Assembly: GCF_009914755.1 (NCBI RefSeq) | Contig: NC_060934.1 | Strand: one strand, 5' to 3' | Source: the human T2T-CHM13v2.0 reference genome, Homo sapiens | Length of the DNA: 64,000 nt | Shown here: one piece after another, positions 13,691 to 27,558 of the stretch | Position numbering within the stretch: position 1 is the stretch's first letter | How the letters are laid out: the number at the start of each line of letters is the position of its first letter | Translations under genes and position numbers: made by a program | Notes under the pieces: model-generated | What the model was told of the DNA's origin: nothing | Databases searched by the model: none | Seen by the model: only the letters and a program-made list of their open reading frames with translations

Positions 13691-15363
13691 CAGCCCCTCC
13701 CATCACAGGCCTGGAGGCCCAGAAGCAAAAAGTGGTTTTGTAGGATTTTGCATCTTAAAAAAAAATACTAGGCTAGACAGTTACTAAGAGAGAAGTAATA
13801 AGTTTGGAAAATAGAGCCCAAATACTTACAACACAGAGAAATAAAGCAAAAAACGTGGACAGAAGTGGGGTGTTTAAGTCTAAATCTTGTTGGTAACGGA
13901 TAGGGCAATCTAACCTTAACGAATGCTGTGACACCAGAAGACAGGCTGGCTGCTGGCTTAATTCAAATACCCTGAGAAGAAAGCACTGCTAAATGCAAGC
14001 TGGTCCCCATTTCAAATTGAACTTGGTGATCTCACCCACCTGCTTCATTGTTCAGGTTCCAGAAAACCCTCTCCACACTTCTCCTTCTCTTGTCTTGGCT
14101 GTGCTGTTAGTCCTATCTGCTGCTTCTGCTTGATACTTTAGATGTCAAATCCATAGGCTTGAGTCACAAATACAAAGCCATAAATTAACCTTCCTTTAAA
14201 TTCACCTAAAAGGATAGACTGCCCTAAATATGTCCATGAATGCTGGGTTTCAGGGCTGGATTCCATGGACCATGGATTTGTCCCATTGCAGCAGTTCTCA
14301 GTTTCATCTAACATAAAGAGACTTGTAAGGTCTTATGTGAACCAGCTCCTATAGTTTTTATGTCCCACATTTTTACTCTCTTTAATGAGTTTAAAATGTT
14401 CTAACCAGGCATACTTGCCTCTGAAAGAAATTCGGTGCCCTTATTTAGGAAGTCAAATGTATTTCTTTTTTTTTGCAAGGCTGGCACAATATAAAATGAC
14501 CCAAAACTTGGAGTCAGTCACATAAGGAAGGGCCAGGCCACATTTTAGAAGGAAAAATCAAAGAAGGCAAGAGGCAGCATCTGGGATCTATCAGTCTGCT
14601 TGCCAAGAAGAGGCAGGGAGCCTGCGAAGATGCAGAGATGCAGGATTATCAGCATTAGGACCAAGAGCATTGAATTGTTCTGCTTTGGAGAGGCTCAGAA
14701 GATGTTACAGTGGCAGCAGGGTATCAGAGCCAACAACACGCATCACTTTAGGACAGGTGACTGGCATCCCAATAAGAGTCAACAGGCACCCAGCAGGCAT
14801 GCCCCTGGATTACTCTTCCTTGGCAAAAACAGGTGTAATTAATGTATCACAAAAACTTCACATAATCCCAATATATATGATTCAGGGAGCATGAGGAGTG
14901 ATAGGGAAGTTAGGTATACCTGGGTATACCCATTGTTCAAGATAGGCTTTTTTGGTGGGAAAACTGAAGTTCCCAGCCCAGTGCTCCAGGTAGCCATTGT
15001 CAATCAAGCAACACAACTGTACTATATGATACTAAGTTGCCAACCAGGATGGATCTAGCTCTAATCTGATAATGTAGAAAAATACTACTAGCAAGTAAAT
15101 GTGACTTTAGATAGAATACCTCTTTGAAAATCAAAGCAAAGAAAATGTATTTTCAATTGGAAAGGGGAATTCTAAAAATTGAAAACATTCCTTATACTTT
15201 TATTGTATTTTTGAGTTTTAAAAATGATTTCCCATGCATGTTCTCATTTTATACTTCCAACAATTTTGTGGTAGGTACTGAAGTGTTATCTCATTTTGTT
15301 GATAAGTAAACCAAGAGACAGAAAGTTTCCATGACAAGACAAAGCTTGGAAGATTTAGCAAAT

Positions 15364-15445
15364 GGTTCTGCATGGCTGGGGAGGGTTCAGAATCATGGCG
15401 GGAGGCGAAAGTCACTTCTTACATGGTGGCAGCAAGAGAAGAAAA
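15364..15445 (-). mobile_element. Isolated ~80-bp THE1C LTR internal fragment
   Basis: gcatggctggggagggttcagaatcatggcgggaggcgaaagtcacttcttacatggtggcagcaagaga. Confidence 0.8.
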
Positions 15446-15539
15446 GTTCAGGTTTAAGAATGATGTTTTGTCTATTCAGACGCTCTGCCCAGCTTATTAG
15501 AAAAAAAGAGGGGAGAGGAGATGAAACATAACTGAAATG

Positions 15540-15840
15540 TATTATTCCCTGCTTCAATCAGATATCTGTACAAATGTCACCTCAGAAGAGACACTCTGGC
15601 TTAAAATGGCAGATTGAGGCTTTTCACCCTCCATCCCTTTCCCCTGCCTTCTTTTTCTTCTGGCATCTGTGACATTCTGATGTACTGTTGGTACCGCTGT
15701 TAACTGGTCTTGTTTTCCACAGTGGAATGCAAGCGTCTTGAGAATTGGAACTTTTTCTCTTTTGTTTACAGATGTATGTCTAGTCCCTAAAACAATGTTT
15801 TAAGAGGTGGATAAATATGTGTTAAATGGATGAATGAGTA
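15540..15840 (+). mobile_element. L2 3' end
   Basis: aaatgtcacctc...; ends aaatatgtgttaaatggatgaatga. Confidence 0.6.
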
Positions 15841-15877
15841 ACTTGAGGGGCTTCTATGTGCCAACTCTTTTAGGCAG

Positions 15878-18160
15878 TATATTCATTCGTTTTCACACTG
15901 CTGATAAAGACATACCTGAGACTGGGAAGAAAAAGAGGTTTAATTGGACTTACAGTTCCACACGGCTGGGGAAGCCTCAGAATCATGGCAGGAGGGGAAA
16001 GGCAGTTCTTACATGGTGGCAGCAAGAGAAAATGAGGAAGAAGCAAAGCAGAAACCCCTGCTAAACCTATCAGATCCTGTGAGACTTATTCACTGTCACG
16101 AGAATAGCATGGGAAAGACCAGCCCCTATGATTCAATTACCTCCCCCGGGGCCTCTCCCACAACATGTGGGAATTCTGGGAGATACGATTCAAGTTGAGA
16201 TTTGGTGGAGACACAGCAAAACCATCTCATTCCACCACTGGCTCCTCCACATCTCATGTCCTCACATTTCAAAACCAACCATGCCTTCCCAACAGTCCCC
16301 CAAAGTCTTAACTCATTTCAGCATTAAGCCAAAAGTCCACAGTCCGAAGTCTCATCTGAGATGAGGCAAGCCCCTTCTGCCTATGAGCCTATACAATCAA
16401 AAGCAAACTAGTTACTTCCTAGATACAGTGGGGGTACAGGTATTGGGTAAATACAACCATTCCAAATGGGAGAAATTGGCCAAAACAAAGGGGCTACAGG
16501 GCCCATACAAGTCCAAAATCCAACCGGGCAGTCAAACTTTAAAGCTCCAAAATGATCTCCTTTCACTCCAGGTCTCACATCCAGGTTACACTAATGCAAG
16601 AGGTAAGTTCCCATGGTCTTGGGCAGCTCCAGCCCTGTGGCTTTGCAGGGCACAGCCTCCCTCCTGGCTGCTTTCATGGGCTGGCATTGAGTGTCTGTGG
16701 CTTTTCCAGGCACACGGTTCAAGCTGTTGGTGGACCTACCATTCTGGGGTCTGGAGGACGGTAGCCCTCTTCTCACAGCTCCACTAGGCAGTGCCCCAGT
16801 AGAGACTCTATGTGGGGGCCCTGACCTCGGATTTCCCTTCTGCACTGCCCTAGCAGAGGTTCTCCATGAGGGCCCTGCTCCTGCAGTAAACTTTTGCCTG
16901 GGCACCCAGGCATTTCTATACATTTTCTGAAATCTAGGCAGAGGTTCCCAAACCTCAGTTCTTGACTTCTATGCAGCCACAGGCTCAACACCACGTGGAA
17001 GCTGTCAAGGCTTAGAGCTTCCACCCCCTGAAGCCACAACCCAAGTTCTACGTTGGCCCTTTTCAGCCACTGCTGGAGCAGCTGGGACACAGGGCACCGA
17101 GTCCCTAGGGTGCACACAGTAGGGGGACCCTGGGCCCAGCCTACAAAACCACTTATTGCTTCTGGGCCTCCAGGCCTGTGATGGGAGGGGCTGCCCTGAA
17201 GGTCTCTGACATGGTCTGGAGACATTTTCCCCATGGTCTTGAGGATTAACATTAGGCTCCTTGCTACTTATGCAAATTTCTGCAGCCAGCTTGAATTTCT
17301 CCTTAAAAAAAAACAAAACAAAACAAAAGAAAAAAACGGGTTTTTCTTTTCTACTGTATCGTCAGGCTGCACATTTTCTGAACTCTTATGCTCTCTTTTC
17401 CCTTTAAAATGGAATGCTTTAATAGCACCCAAGTCACCTTTTGAATGCTTTACTGCTTAGAAATTTCTTCTGCCAGATACACTAAATCATCTCTCTCAAG
17501 TTCAAAGTTCCACAAATCTCTAGGGCAGGGGCAAAACACCACCAGTCTTTTTGCTAAAACATAAGGAGAGTCACCTTTGCTCTAGTTCCCAACAAGTTCC
17601 TCATCTCCATCTGAGAGCACTTCAGCCTGGACCTTATCGTTCATATCACTATCAGCATTTTTGTCAAAGCCATGCAATGAGTCTCTAGGAGGTTCCAAAT
17701 TTTCCCACATTTTCCTGTCTTCTTCTGAGCCCTCCAAACTGTTTCAACCTCTGCCTGTTACCCAGTTCCAAAGCTGCTTCCACATTTTGGGGTATCTTTT
17801 CAGCAGTACTATATTAGTTCATTTTCACACTGCCGATAAAGACATACCCGAGACTGGGAAGAAAAAGGGGTTTAATTGGATTTACAGTTCCATGTGGCTG
17901 GGGAGGCCTCAGAATCATGGCAGGAGGCAAAAAACACTACTTACATCGTGGCAGCAAGAGAAAATGAGGAAGAAGTGAAAGCAGAAACCCCTGATAAACC
18001 CATCAGAACTCGAGACTTATTCACTACCACAAGAATAGCATGGGAAAGACTGGCCCCCATGACCCAGTTACCTCCCACTGGGTCCCTCCCACAACACGTG
18101 GGTATTCTAGGAGATACGATTCAAGTTGAGGTTTGGTGGGGACAGAGCCAAACCGTATCA
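15878..18160 (-). mobile_element. Full-length THE1C MaLR: LTR 15878-16229, internal 16230-17809, LTR 17810-18160
   Basis: Two ~350-bp LTRs with THE1C-type aagaaaaagaggtttaattggacttacag; typical THE1-int; 5-bp TSD GGCAG at 15873-15877 and 18161-18165. Confidence 0.93.
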
Positions 18161-18559
18161 GGCAGTTTATGGATCCTCCCATCCAAAGGAGCCAGGTATC
18201 TGAACAATAAAAAAAGGGTGTGCCAAGTCTTCTGAGGTCAGATCCAAATGGCTAAGACAATCCTATCCATGTTTAAACAAAGAGTATTTGTGGGTCTGTT
18301 TCATGGATTGTGGAGTAGAGGAGAGCTAAGTCTGTTATGGTTTATTTGTCGGGGGAGATTGTTCTGCAAATGAGGCTAAGACCATTCCTTTCTCTCACTG
18401 ATTCTCAAGAGGAAGCTTATGCCAGAAAAAAGAAAATCTTATTTATATGGACTGTGAGATTATCTCTGGCTACTAAAAGTTGGGACACTAAACTACTGAG
18501 AATTAATGGGCGAACTTTTGTTCCACAGACTAGAAATTTAAAAGGTACCATGGTGCAAC

Positions 18560-18720
18560 AGAACAAGCATGGATTTGGACTTAACACCTATGTGGTCCTG
18601 AAATCCTCTTACCAATAAATGTGTAACCTGAGCACCTCTCTGTAAAACAGCAGTAAGGAGGTGCTGTAAGAGCTAAATGAGATATTTCCTGTGAAGTATT
18701 TTGAAAAACAGAAAGAACTA
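18560..18720 (+). mobile_element. MIR
   Basis: aaatcctcttaccaataaatgtgtaacctgagc...ctgtaaaa...aaatgagata. Confidence 0.5.
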
Positions 18721-18859
18721 CACCAATGAAATTTGTGTTTGTTCATTTGGAATCAAATATAGTAAGTATATTTTATCAATTACTTGCCTTTATGGTAGGA
18801 AGCAGGGTGAATTTAATTCAAGGGAATCAAACAGAATAATTTAGACTTAACCATTTTTT

Positions 18860-18976
18860 TCTCTCTCTCTGTCTGTCCTTCCCTACCTCCCTTCTCTCTC
18901 CCTTTTCTCTCTGTCTCCTCTTTCTCTCCCTCACACACACACACTCACACACTCACAAATACACACTCACACACAT
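18860..18976. repeat. CT-rich and CA-rich microsatellite
   Basis: Seen directly. Confidence 0.85.
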
Positions 18977-19702
18977 GCAGTTTAACCCCCACAGCCACTG
19001 AGAGGGAAAGAGCTGACTCTTCCACCCAGTGTCCACCCACACACCTGAAACCTTCCGACAACCTGCCTCTAGTATCTGAATTCTTGGTTAATGAGCTCTT
19101 GGCTTCAGCCTCAAAAGAAAGAATCAGACATTTTGTAAATATGATGACTTTGAATAAAACTTTTAGGACCTCGAACTCTTTTCCTGAATGCCAAAGCCAC
19201 TACCTAGTCACCCCTCAGCTGTGCCCACAGGTTCCTATAGAGAGTCTGAGCCCCAGCCATTCCTGACCCCCAACCTCCTGGGTGATTCTACATTTTCAAA
19301 TAGAAATTTCAGTGTTTCCCTTAGAATTCGGAATCTTTCCAATTTATCTTTCTAAGCTATAGTTTGCCCCCTAAGATATATATATTTAAATTTTTTAAAG
19401 AAAATTTAGTCATCTCAGTCTGTTTTAGTCCAGGCTTCATACAGAAGAGTTTCAGCCTGAAATCACTGAAAAATCTGTGTCCCATAAAAATGACAAGCCA
19501 CTCAAGACCTTGCATGGTCCCAGAGTACCATCTAGTGACTAAAAGTTGAAATGACGGCCTCCAAATCTTTACTGACACTTTTTCCTGCAAAAAGCCATGC
19601 AGAGAAAGCATGCTTGTTCTTGCTCTCATCAGAGTATCAGATTAGGTGGTCACAGCACCCACGTGCATGGTGAACTATGTGGGGTGGCTGTGGGAGTTAA
19701 AC

Positions 19703-19738
<36 letters not shown>
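19703..19738. repeat. (TG)n(CG)n microsatellite
   Basis: tgtgtg...tgcgcgcgcgtgt. Confidence 0.9.
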
Positions 19739-19739
<1 letters not shown>

Positions 19740-19749
19740 TTAGGACACA

Positions 19750-20065
19750 AGGATGAAATAGTTTAACTGCTTATTAAAAGAATCCCTCTGGATATGGTGT
19801 GTAAAACAGTCCTAACAGCATACAAGATGGAGTCCGGGAAAGCAATAAAGATACCAGAACAATTCAAGCAAGTGCTAATGATAGGTTACACTAGGGTGGC
19901 AGTGGTGAGATCCTAGATATATTCTGAAAAGTAGCTGGCAGGATTTGCTGAGGGGCTTAATGTAGAGTTAAACAAAAAGAGGAGTCGAGGATAACTTCCA
20001 GGTTTTTAACCCGAACAATTAAGAGAAACGTATTGTCATTTATCAAGCTGGGACAGATTGGGTGA
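19750..20065 (-). mobile_element. L2 fragment
   Basis: ggcaggatttgctgaggggcttaatgtag...aagaggagtcgaggataacttccaggtttt. Confidence 0.65.
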
Positions 20066-21518
20066 ATCTCAGTCTACACAGTAATCCTAAACATCTGTAT
20101 AAATAAAATCCTGTTTCCAGGGACTTGGACTGCGCCATTAACTCAAGGCACCTTTCACTAAAATGAGGGCTGATTGTTGCAAGGAAGATGGCTGAGGCTG
20201 TGCAGATGGATCCAAAGAAACCCATCAGTACCGTCAAATGTGACCAAGACCTTAGAAGATTTTTCCTCAGCAACCATAGCACACTGCTCAGAAAAACATA
20301 CAGGAGCCCTTTTACAAAGGCAAGCCCAACAAAATCAGCCAAGACTGGAGCCCGATAGGTTAGCCTCAGTTCCCAGACTGCAAGGAATTAAAAGAAAACA
20401 AACATGTAAATCCCAACAATCTAACTCCCCACAGCCACTGAACTACAGCCAGTATCCATGAAGCTGGTTAGCGGGCTTGTGGTTAATGGCTTAGTTTTTC
20501 AGATACTTATCCAGGACACTCTTCACAACTCCTTGGTACTCCAGATTATTTCAGGCCAATTAAAAGTCCCACTTCTCTTCATCCCACCTGTGATTATGAC
20601 CTCCATGCAACAGAGGTACTTCTAGCAATGATAAGCCAGTTTTAAAAGATGCCCTCCTCCTAAGACTTATTGTTCCATTTAAAGCTTAGCTGCTCCTAGT
20701 AACATAGATGCCCTAGAAATGGGTCAGTTGTGTTTTTCCTGGAAGAACCTGCCTGAATAGTTCACTCACTCCTGTGTGCTCCAGGCAGGTCTAGAGCACA
20801 TGCCCTATTTGCAGAAGAGATCAGTTCAGATGTTCATTTGTTGTAACCTATTATATGTCTGTCACTCTGCTAGATTCTCAGGCTCGATGGTGACCAAGAC
20901 ATCCCTCTTCCCAGAAATCCAATGGAAGAGAAAGCCAAGATGAAAGAAAAACAAATCTTTAGAACTGTGTAATAAGATTTTATTTGTGAGATATAATGAA
21001 ATTATATGTGCTTCATACTCTGATTAGCACGTAAGCACTCATTAAATATTAGGCTCATCAAAAATCTTAATTTAACATATTTTACCAAAATTTAAAAGAG
21101 TGGGGAAAGACAGGGCCTCCTTCCAGCCCCATTTCCCTCAGTAGTGGCCCATTCTCTCAGTAGCCCAGGGGTTTCAACTGCCTCTTTCCTGTGTCTCCTG
21201 TATGGCGCCAGTGGCCTGGTCCTTTAGTTCTGTCTCTACAGTGTCTCTTTCACCTCTTCCTACCTGTTTTTGCTGACTCCTGTGAAATTCAGTGGCACCC
21301 CATTACCCTCTAAATCAAATGAAATCCTCACCCCAACATCCAAGGTCGCAGTAAAGCCACATTTTCAGTCCCATGGCCCACAACTTCCCCAACCATCCTC
21401 TGCCTCAGCCAAACTGGATTCCCACTAATCCCAAACCTGCCTCCTGCTTTACTCTTGCTTTGCCACTACCGGGAATCCTCTTCCTGCCATCTTAACCAGC
21501 AGAGGTTCTATTTTATTC

Positions 21519-21830
21519 TTTTTTTTTTTTAAGAGGCAGAGTCTCACTCTGTCACTCAGGCCAGAGTGCAGTGACTCTATCATAGCTGACTGCAACCTCG
21601 AACTCCTGGGCTTAAGCCATCCTCCCACCTCACAACCCCCGAGTAACTAGGACTACAGGCAATGCCGTCACACTTAAAAAATTAGATGATTTTTCCTAAT
21701 GTTTTACTTTTTGTAGAGATGGGGTCTCCTATGTTGCCCAGGCTGGGCTGAAACTCCTGGACACAAGCAATCCTCTGGCCTCAGCCTCCCAAAGCACTGG
21801 GATTACATGCATGAGCCACCACACCCAGCC
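21519..21830 (-). mobile_element. AluJ inserted in an L2 remnant
   Basis: aactcctgggcttaagccatcctccc J-type features; approximate TSD gttctatt. Confidence 0.92.
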
Positions 21831-22029
21831 AGTTCTATTCATTTTTAAAGACCCAATCTCCTCCATGAAACCTTTCCTTGTTTCCTAATTCAGATGTTTT
21901 TTGAATCTGCATAGAATTTACTTGAGATGCCTATTTCATTATTTCATGTCTTACAGTTATTTAATTAGTTTTCAACTCCTCCTCACCAAATTGTAAACTT
22001 CTCAAGGGTATGTACTGTGTTTCATTTAT

Positions 22030-22240
22030 AAGAGGAAGTAAAGCAGTGATTAACAGCACAGGCTACAAATCCAAATTATCTGGGTTTACCTTTTGGCTCT
22101 GCCACTTGCTAGCTGAGTGAAATTTGGCAAGTTACCTAGCTTCCTTGTACTTCATTTTTTTCATCTATAGATTTTCTATATTTTAAAGAGTTAATGCATG
22201 GAAAACTGAGGTCAGTGCCCAGAACATAGAATGACAGATA
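22030..22240 (+). mobile_element. MIR
   Basis: tggctctgccacttgctagctgagtgaaatttggcaagttacct. Confidence 0.7.
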
Positions 22241-24279
22241 TTAAGGTGACTTTTCCTCCCATGGTTTTGGTTGATACATAAAGACAGTAGATGCTATATT
22301 TCAAAGTAAAGCAACCACACAGGACTTACTAAAGAGAGAGGGCAGAAAACTAGTTTTGCAACACTTAACTGACCACCCACCTCCAGCTATAAAAATGTTT
22401 GGAGAAATTCAAAAGGAAGATAATGAAGACAGAGTCTTTGCAATGAATAGTTGGCATGCCAAGTGAAAACAACAAAGGTGTCATATGTTTTTTCTTGTCT
22501 ACAATGGAGGGCTCCAAAGAAACCACTCAGAGAGCTCATGAGTTCCCCCACAGTGACTGGTCGCCCATCTGAAAATTCTGAAGCCCAGTATTTGTTCTTG
22601 CCAGGAGCTGATGATAGATGAATCAAAAGAGAAGAGGTTGCATTGGTGAGACAGTAGTCTCAGTGTTTGTGAGGGTAGAAAAGAATGATCCTTGGAAGAC
22701 AAGTGGGTTTGGGGGGCTCAGTGGGTAAAGCAAGAGAGCCAACCGGCATTGGATTGTCTTAGATCCAGCCTGAGAAGATCACCTGGAGGGGTAAATAGAC
22801 CTCAGCAGAGAGAAGCTGAAGGTACCACTGGATGGCCAGGGGCAGAGGAAGGATTAGCAAAAAGTTTTAAAAAAGCATATCACCCACAGCAAAAGAACTG
22901 CAGGCAAGAGTCTCCAGCTATTGCAGGCAGGACAGGATGAATGGGTAGACTACAAAGAATCTACAAAATCCAGTCAGCCTAAACACCCGCCTTGGCCCGA
23001 AAGGAAGAGTTCTGCTTGTAACAGGTCTGGCCAGGTAAGCACATTCTTGTTCCCCTTTCTCTTCTGGTCAAGCCAACCCTGGGGGTTAAGAAACTACAGT
23101 TAACAAGATGACTGAAGGAGAAAGGGAAACATCAGATGAGGAGAGGAAGCCAACCACATTCCCATCTCCAACTGCTTATTTTCCTCCTCTCTGTCAAGCC
23201 TGAGATGGTGGAGGATAAACCTCAATGTCAAATCAAGTTCAACATGTTTACTATAACATAGAAATTGGCATTTTAGTTACCTGTCTTACCTAAACATAAT
23301 CAATGACTTGGGGGATAGAGAGAAGCGAAAGTCAAGGTGTCTTATAATTGCATCCCATAAGTCATGCTTATTCAAGTTCGTAGTTAATCCAAGCTAAACA
23401 AATACTCAAGAAGTGTTAATTATTTGTACCACTTTTGTTCCCCCTTGTGTTTTTTAGTGTCTTGAATATACCAGGTGCTCATTTATTCAACCTTCAAACA
23501 GTCAGTAAGTACTGCTATATGCAAGCATATTGACTAGGAACTAGAAATTGAGGAAGGACAATGACACCGCCACTGTCCTCAACAGACACAAAAGACTAAT
23601 GAATTGATAACAGGTAACTTAAAAAATGAAAATATAGAGCATGAAGTGATCTGTAGATATGCACAAAGTGCCATTGGGACAGAAAAAGGAGTGACTAATA
23701 TCTAGGATGGTGGGGAAATGACACGTGAAGGAAACAATTGAGCTGCTCAAGGCTTGCTTATTAACTTTCAACTATTTACCTTTTGCTACCTTGAAAATAT
23801 TCAGATTTAGAGGCGCAGGAAATTTGGATGTTTCCTGTGGTGAAGGCCAAGGAAATAGTCGGGGCGGGGGAAGCTAAATTTTTGTCTTCCAATGTGCCAA
23901 GAGTAGGACTGTAGCTTTCAGACTCACAGTTGGGTGCAGGGCCAGGACAAGCCATTGGCTCCTGTAGCAGAAGCAGCCTCACCACCAGGAGACCACTTTT
24001 GGGATGGCCTGGATAGCACCTCCTTTTGTGCACCAGGAAGTACTCCCCCACTCAATGTCCTGAAATTTTATAAAGAGCAATTTATTGCTCCATCCTCAAA
24101 GGTTTGGCCAGTTAAAATGCAAATACTGCTGAAGAGGGAGTCGATTATTACATTTACATTTATATTTTAGCATGAAGGAATTGTTAGACTATTTCCTGAG
24201 GGTAAGTTCTGACACGGAAAAGAAGGAAAATGCATGACATCCCAGGGTACCAAGAAGAATAAAAAGAGCACTTTTCTGA

Positions 24280-24640
24280 GGTTTTCTAGAAAACATACTG
24301 TAAGATTATGAGATTTGCATATGGGAGGTTTATAAGTGATTGCCTTAGAGAGCAAGAGCTGTGAAGGAAGATTGGACAGAGCAGGAGCTAAACTGAACCA
24401 CAGTTCCAACAGAGGCATCAGCAGATCCTACTAGAAGCTCTAGAACTGGTATAGCCCTTAAAAATTGTCCCAATTGAGGTGAGGGGGCCAGGCTTTTGTA
24501 CCCAGTATTGATTAGTGTCTCTGTTGTGAAGGAGGGCCTGAGGGGACATGACAGTTCTAACACCTTGGAAATTAGCAGAATGTAGAAAACAGAAATTATG
24601 TCTACAGCTGAACACAAACTTCCCCTACGCTGTCATTTAG
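24280..24640 (-). mobile_element. LTR16-family ERVL LTR
   Basis: ggaagattggacagagcaggagctaaactg...cagcagatcctactagaagctctagaactgg. Confidence 0.6.
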
Positions 24641-26369
24641 CTCATCTCTATTTCTCCAGTCATTTGAAGTCCTCCCAGTATTAACTGTAAATTTCTCCTA
24701 GATCCTAAATATTCAAGTCTCTCCTGAAGAAAACAAGTAAAAAATGTTATTTACACATCATAGAAATCACCATGCATTCTCAGTTTCCCCATTGAGCTCA
24801 GGAGAGTTCATCAGGAGATCAAAGAGAAAATGACTGTGAGATTAACATAAGCATTAAGCATAAGGCTTTTTGGCTCCTCTGCTCAGAACTACCCTTCTGA
24901 GGACTGACCCATGACTTGCCAGGGAACAGCTGGTGCTCAAAATGCCTTCTTATACATCACCAACATGCTTTTAAGTTTTTATTTCTAATCCTATATGCCC
25001 CTGGACGTAGTTAAGAGGCTTCATGGGCCAGAAATTCCCATTTTGCATATTACAGTTCTCTAATGCTAGGAAATTTGCCCACTCTATGGGCCAACTCTAT
25101 TGGGCTTGGCAGAAGCTGATATCCAAAGCCCCACTGTGAATAAACAATGCCTGTATCCATTTGTTTGCCAAGTAAACATTTCCTCTGTGCCTACTATGTG
25201 CCAGGAAATGTGCTTGGCACTAGGAATAAAGAGATATGCAAGACAGTGCCGGCGTTCTAGGGCCTCAAAACGTTCTCATAGAAAAGCGATAGATGAGACT
25301 CTGCTATCAAGCAGGGCACTCCCGACTTGTTGGACAGGAAACCACACACCAGGCCAAGGTAATCCATTCTTTCAACAACTCACTGAACCCTGCCAAATTA
25401 TGCCATCATCCCTCGCCAAAAACTCAGCAGGAAAAATTATCACCAAGCAGTGATGTGATTCCTCTGAAATAGGGCAATATTTAAACTCTTCTTGTGTTAG
25501 CAGAGGGTTTTTTTGTGAGTCTTATAATTGGCTCTATGATGGTGGTTTTCCATTCTCAAAACTATAAAGTAAGTTGTACATTCATGCCAGGCCCTTTTCC
25601 CCGTCCAGGCCAAGCCACTGGAGCCTGCTCCAGTTTAAGCAAGAGCACTGGGATTTGGCAGTGTCTGACCGGGAGCACTCCCATGTCTCAAACTCTGGCT
25701 CCCCAGGAGAAGGAATTAGGATGTACAGCTGCCTGTTCACCTTTCCTAATTTTCCATCGATAATTAATCTGTTGCTCCAAACAATATAATTAATAAAGGC
25801 CACAGAAAAGGTAATTTTGTGCTATCCAAATCACCAAAATTGAACACTGAAATTGTAAAAAATCCCCCGTTCTCTAAGAAGGGTATTTTTTAAGTTCCTT
25901 TTTTATTTCCATATGTGTTGTTAAAGAAATGGCTAAGTAGCTTTTATAAGTTAGGCCTATCAATTACCAAATTCTACAAGTATTTATTGGGGGCTACTCT
26001 TTGTGATTTGGTGTGCTAAGTTCACAATAGGAAATGAGACCAGCTGGTTCAGATGAAGCCAGATGATGAAAGGTCCCAGAAGCCAGGGTAAATGATTTAT
26101 ACTTGATTCTCTAGGAGGTGAAGAGCCAATGAGGCTTTTTGAGAAAGCAAAAGGCTCAATGAAAGTAGAATTATGGAAAGTGTAAATGATAAAGACAATG
26201 CAAGGTGAACTAAAACAGAGTTTGGGCAGAGTCCAGATTGTGACTTATTTACAGTGGACAAAGATGGTGGAATGTAAATAGAGATAGAAACAAAGAAGAA
26301 AAAAAAAGGCAATCAAGGAAAGAAATCCAATGTATCCGGATTCTGATCTTTTTTTCTAAAACTTCCTTA

Positions 26370-26590
26370 AGTTTCAATTCCTGCTCTACCACTTATTAGC
26401 TGAGTGATCTTAACGAAGCTATTTAGTTTCTCTTGGCCTCAGTTTCTTTATCTATAAAATGGGAATGCTAATAGAACCTACTGCATAGAGCTCTTATGGT
26501 ATTAAATAGGATAATATACTGAGAAAGAGGAAAGAAGAATGCCTGCTACGTAGCAAGTGCTCAGTAAAATACAGCTAATGTTACCATTAC
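26370..26590 (+). mobile_element. MIR
   Basis: ctctaccacttattagctgagtgatctt...ggcctcagtttctttatctataaaatggg. Confidence 0.8.
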
Positions 26591-27237
26591 TATTCATCAT
26601 AATACAAATGAGGGAAACCTAATTTTTACCTTTAGATAATATTCATCCTGTTGTATTTACCACATTTTTAAAAGTTCCAAGTAGAACATTCAAACAAATG
26701 TATTTCTATGTGCAGAATATTTTGGAAGGTGTACTAGAAATGGTAGTAATGATAATCTCATAGAGGATAGAAAAGACCAGAGGACTGAGGAACAGAGATG
26801 GGAAAGCAATATAATTTTTCCTATACACCCTTTAGTATGGTAGAATATTTTCCATGTGCATGTATTACCTATTCAAGAAAATAATTATTTAAAAGGGCGT
26901 CACCTGTGACCACACAGAAAAGGAATTTATATGAGAGCTGGATGCTTACATTGGGTGAAGTAATAGCCGTAAAAATCACGGTTAACATGCACTGAGTATT
27001 TATCATATGTTTGGCACTGTTTTTTAATTCATATTGTTTTTGTTTTTAAGTACTTTAATTTTTTAAAAATTTTTGTTTCAATAGCTTTAGGGGTACAAGT
27101 GGTTTTTGGTTACATGGATGAATTGTATAGTGGTGAAGTCTGGGATTTTAGTGCACTGGTCACCTGAGTAGTGTACATTGTACCTAATATATAGGTAGGT
27201 TTTTCAGCCCTCACCCCCCTCCCACCCTCCCTCCTAA

Positions 27238-27558
<321 letters not shown>

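Noticed and set aside
15834-18235. Cluster of 70-159 aa ORFs
   Set aside because: All are translations of THE1C LTR or internal sequence.
22260-23350. Possible ancient LTR (LTR78-like); similarly LTR-like stretches at 1-430 and 14460-14920
   Set aside because: Only short resemblance from memory; family and boundaries cannot be supported without a Dfam search.
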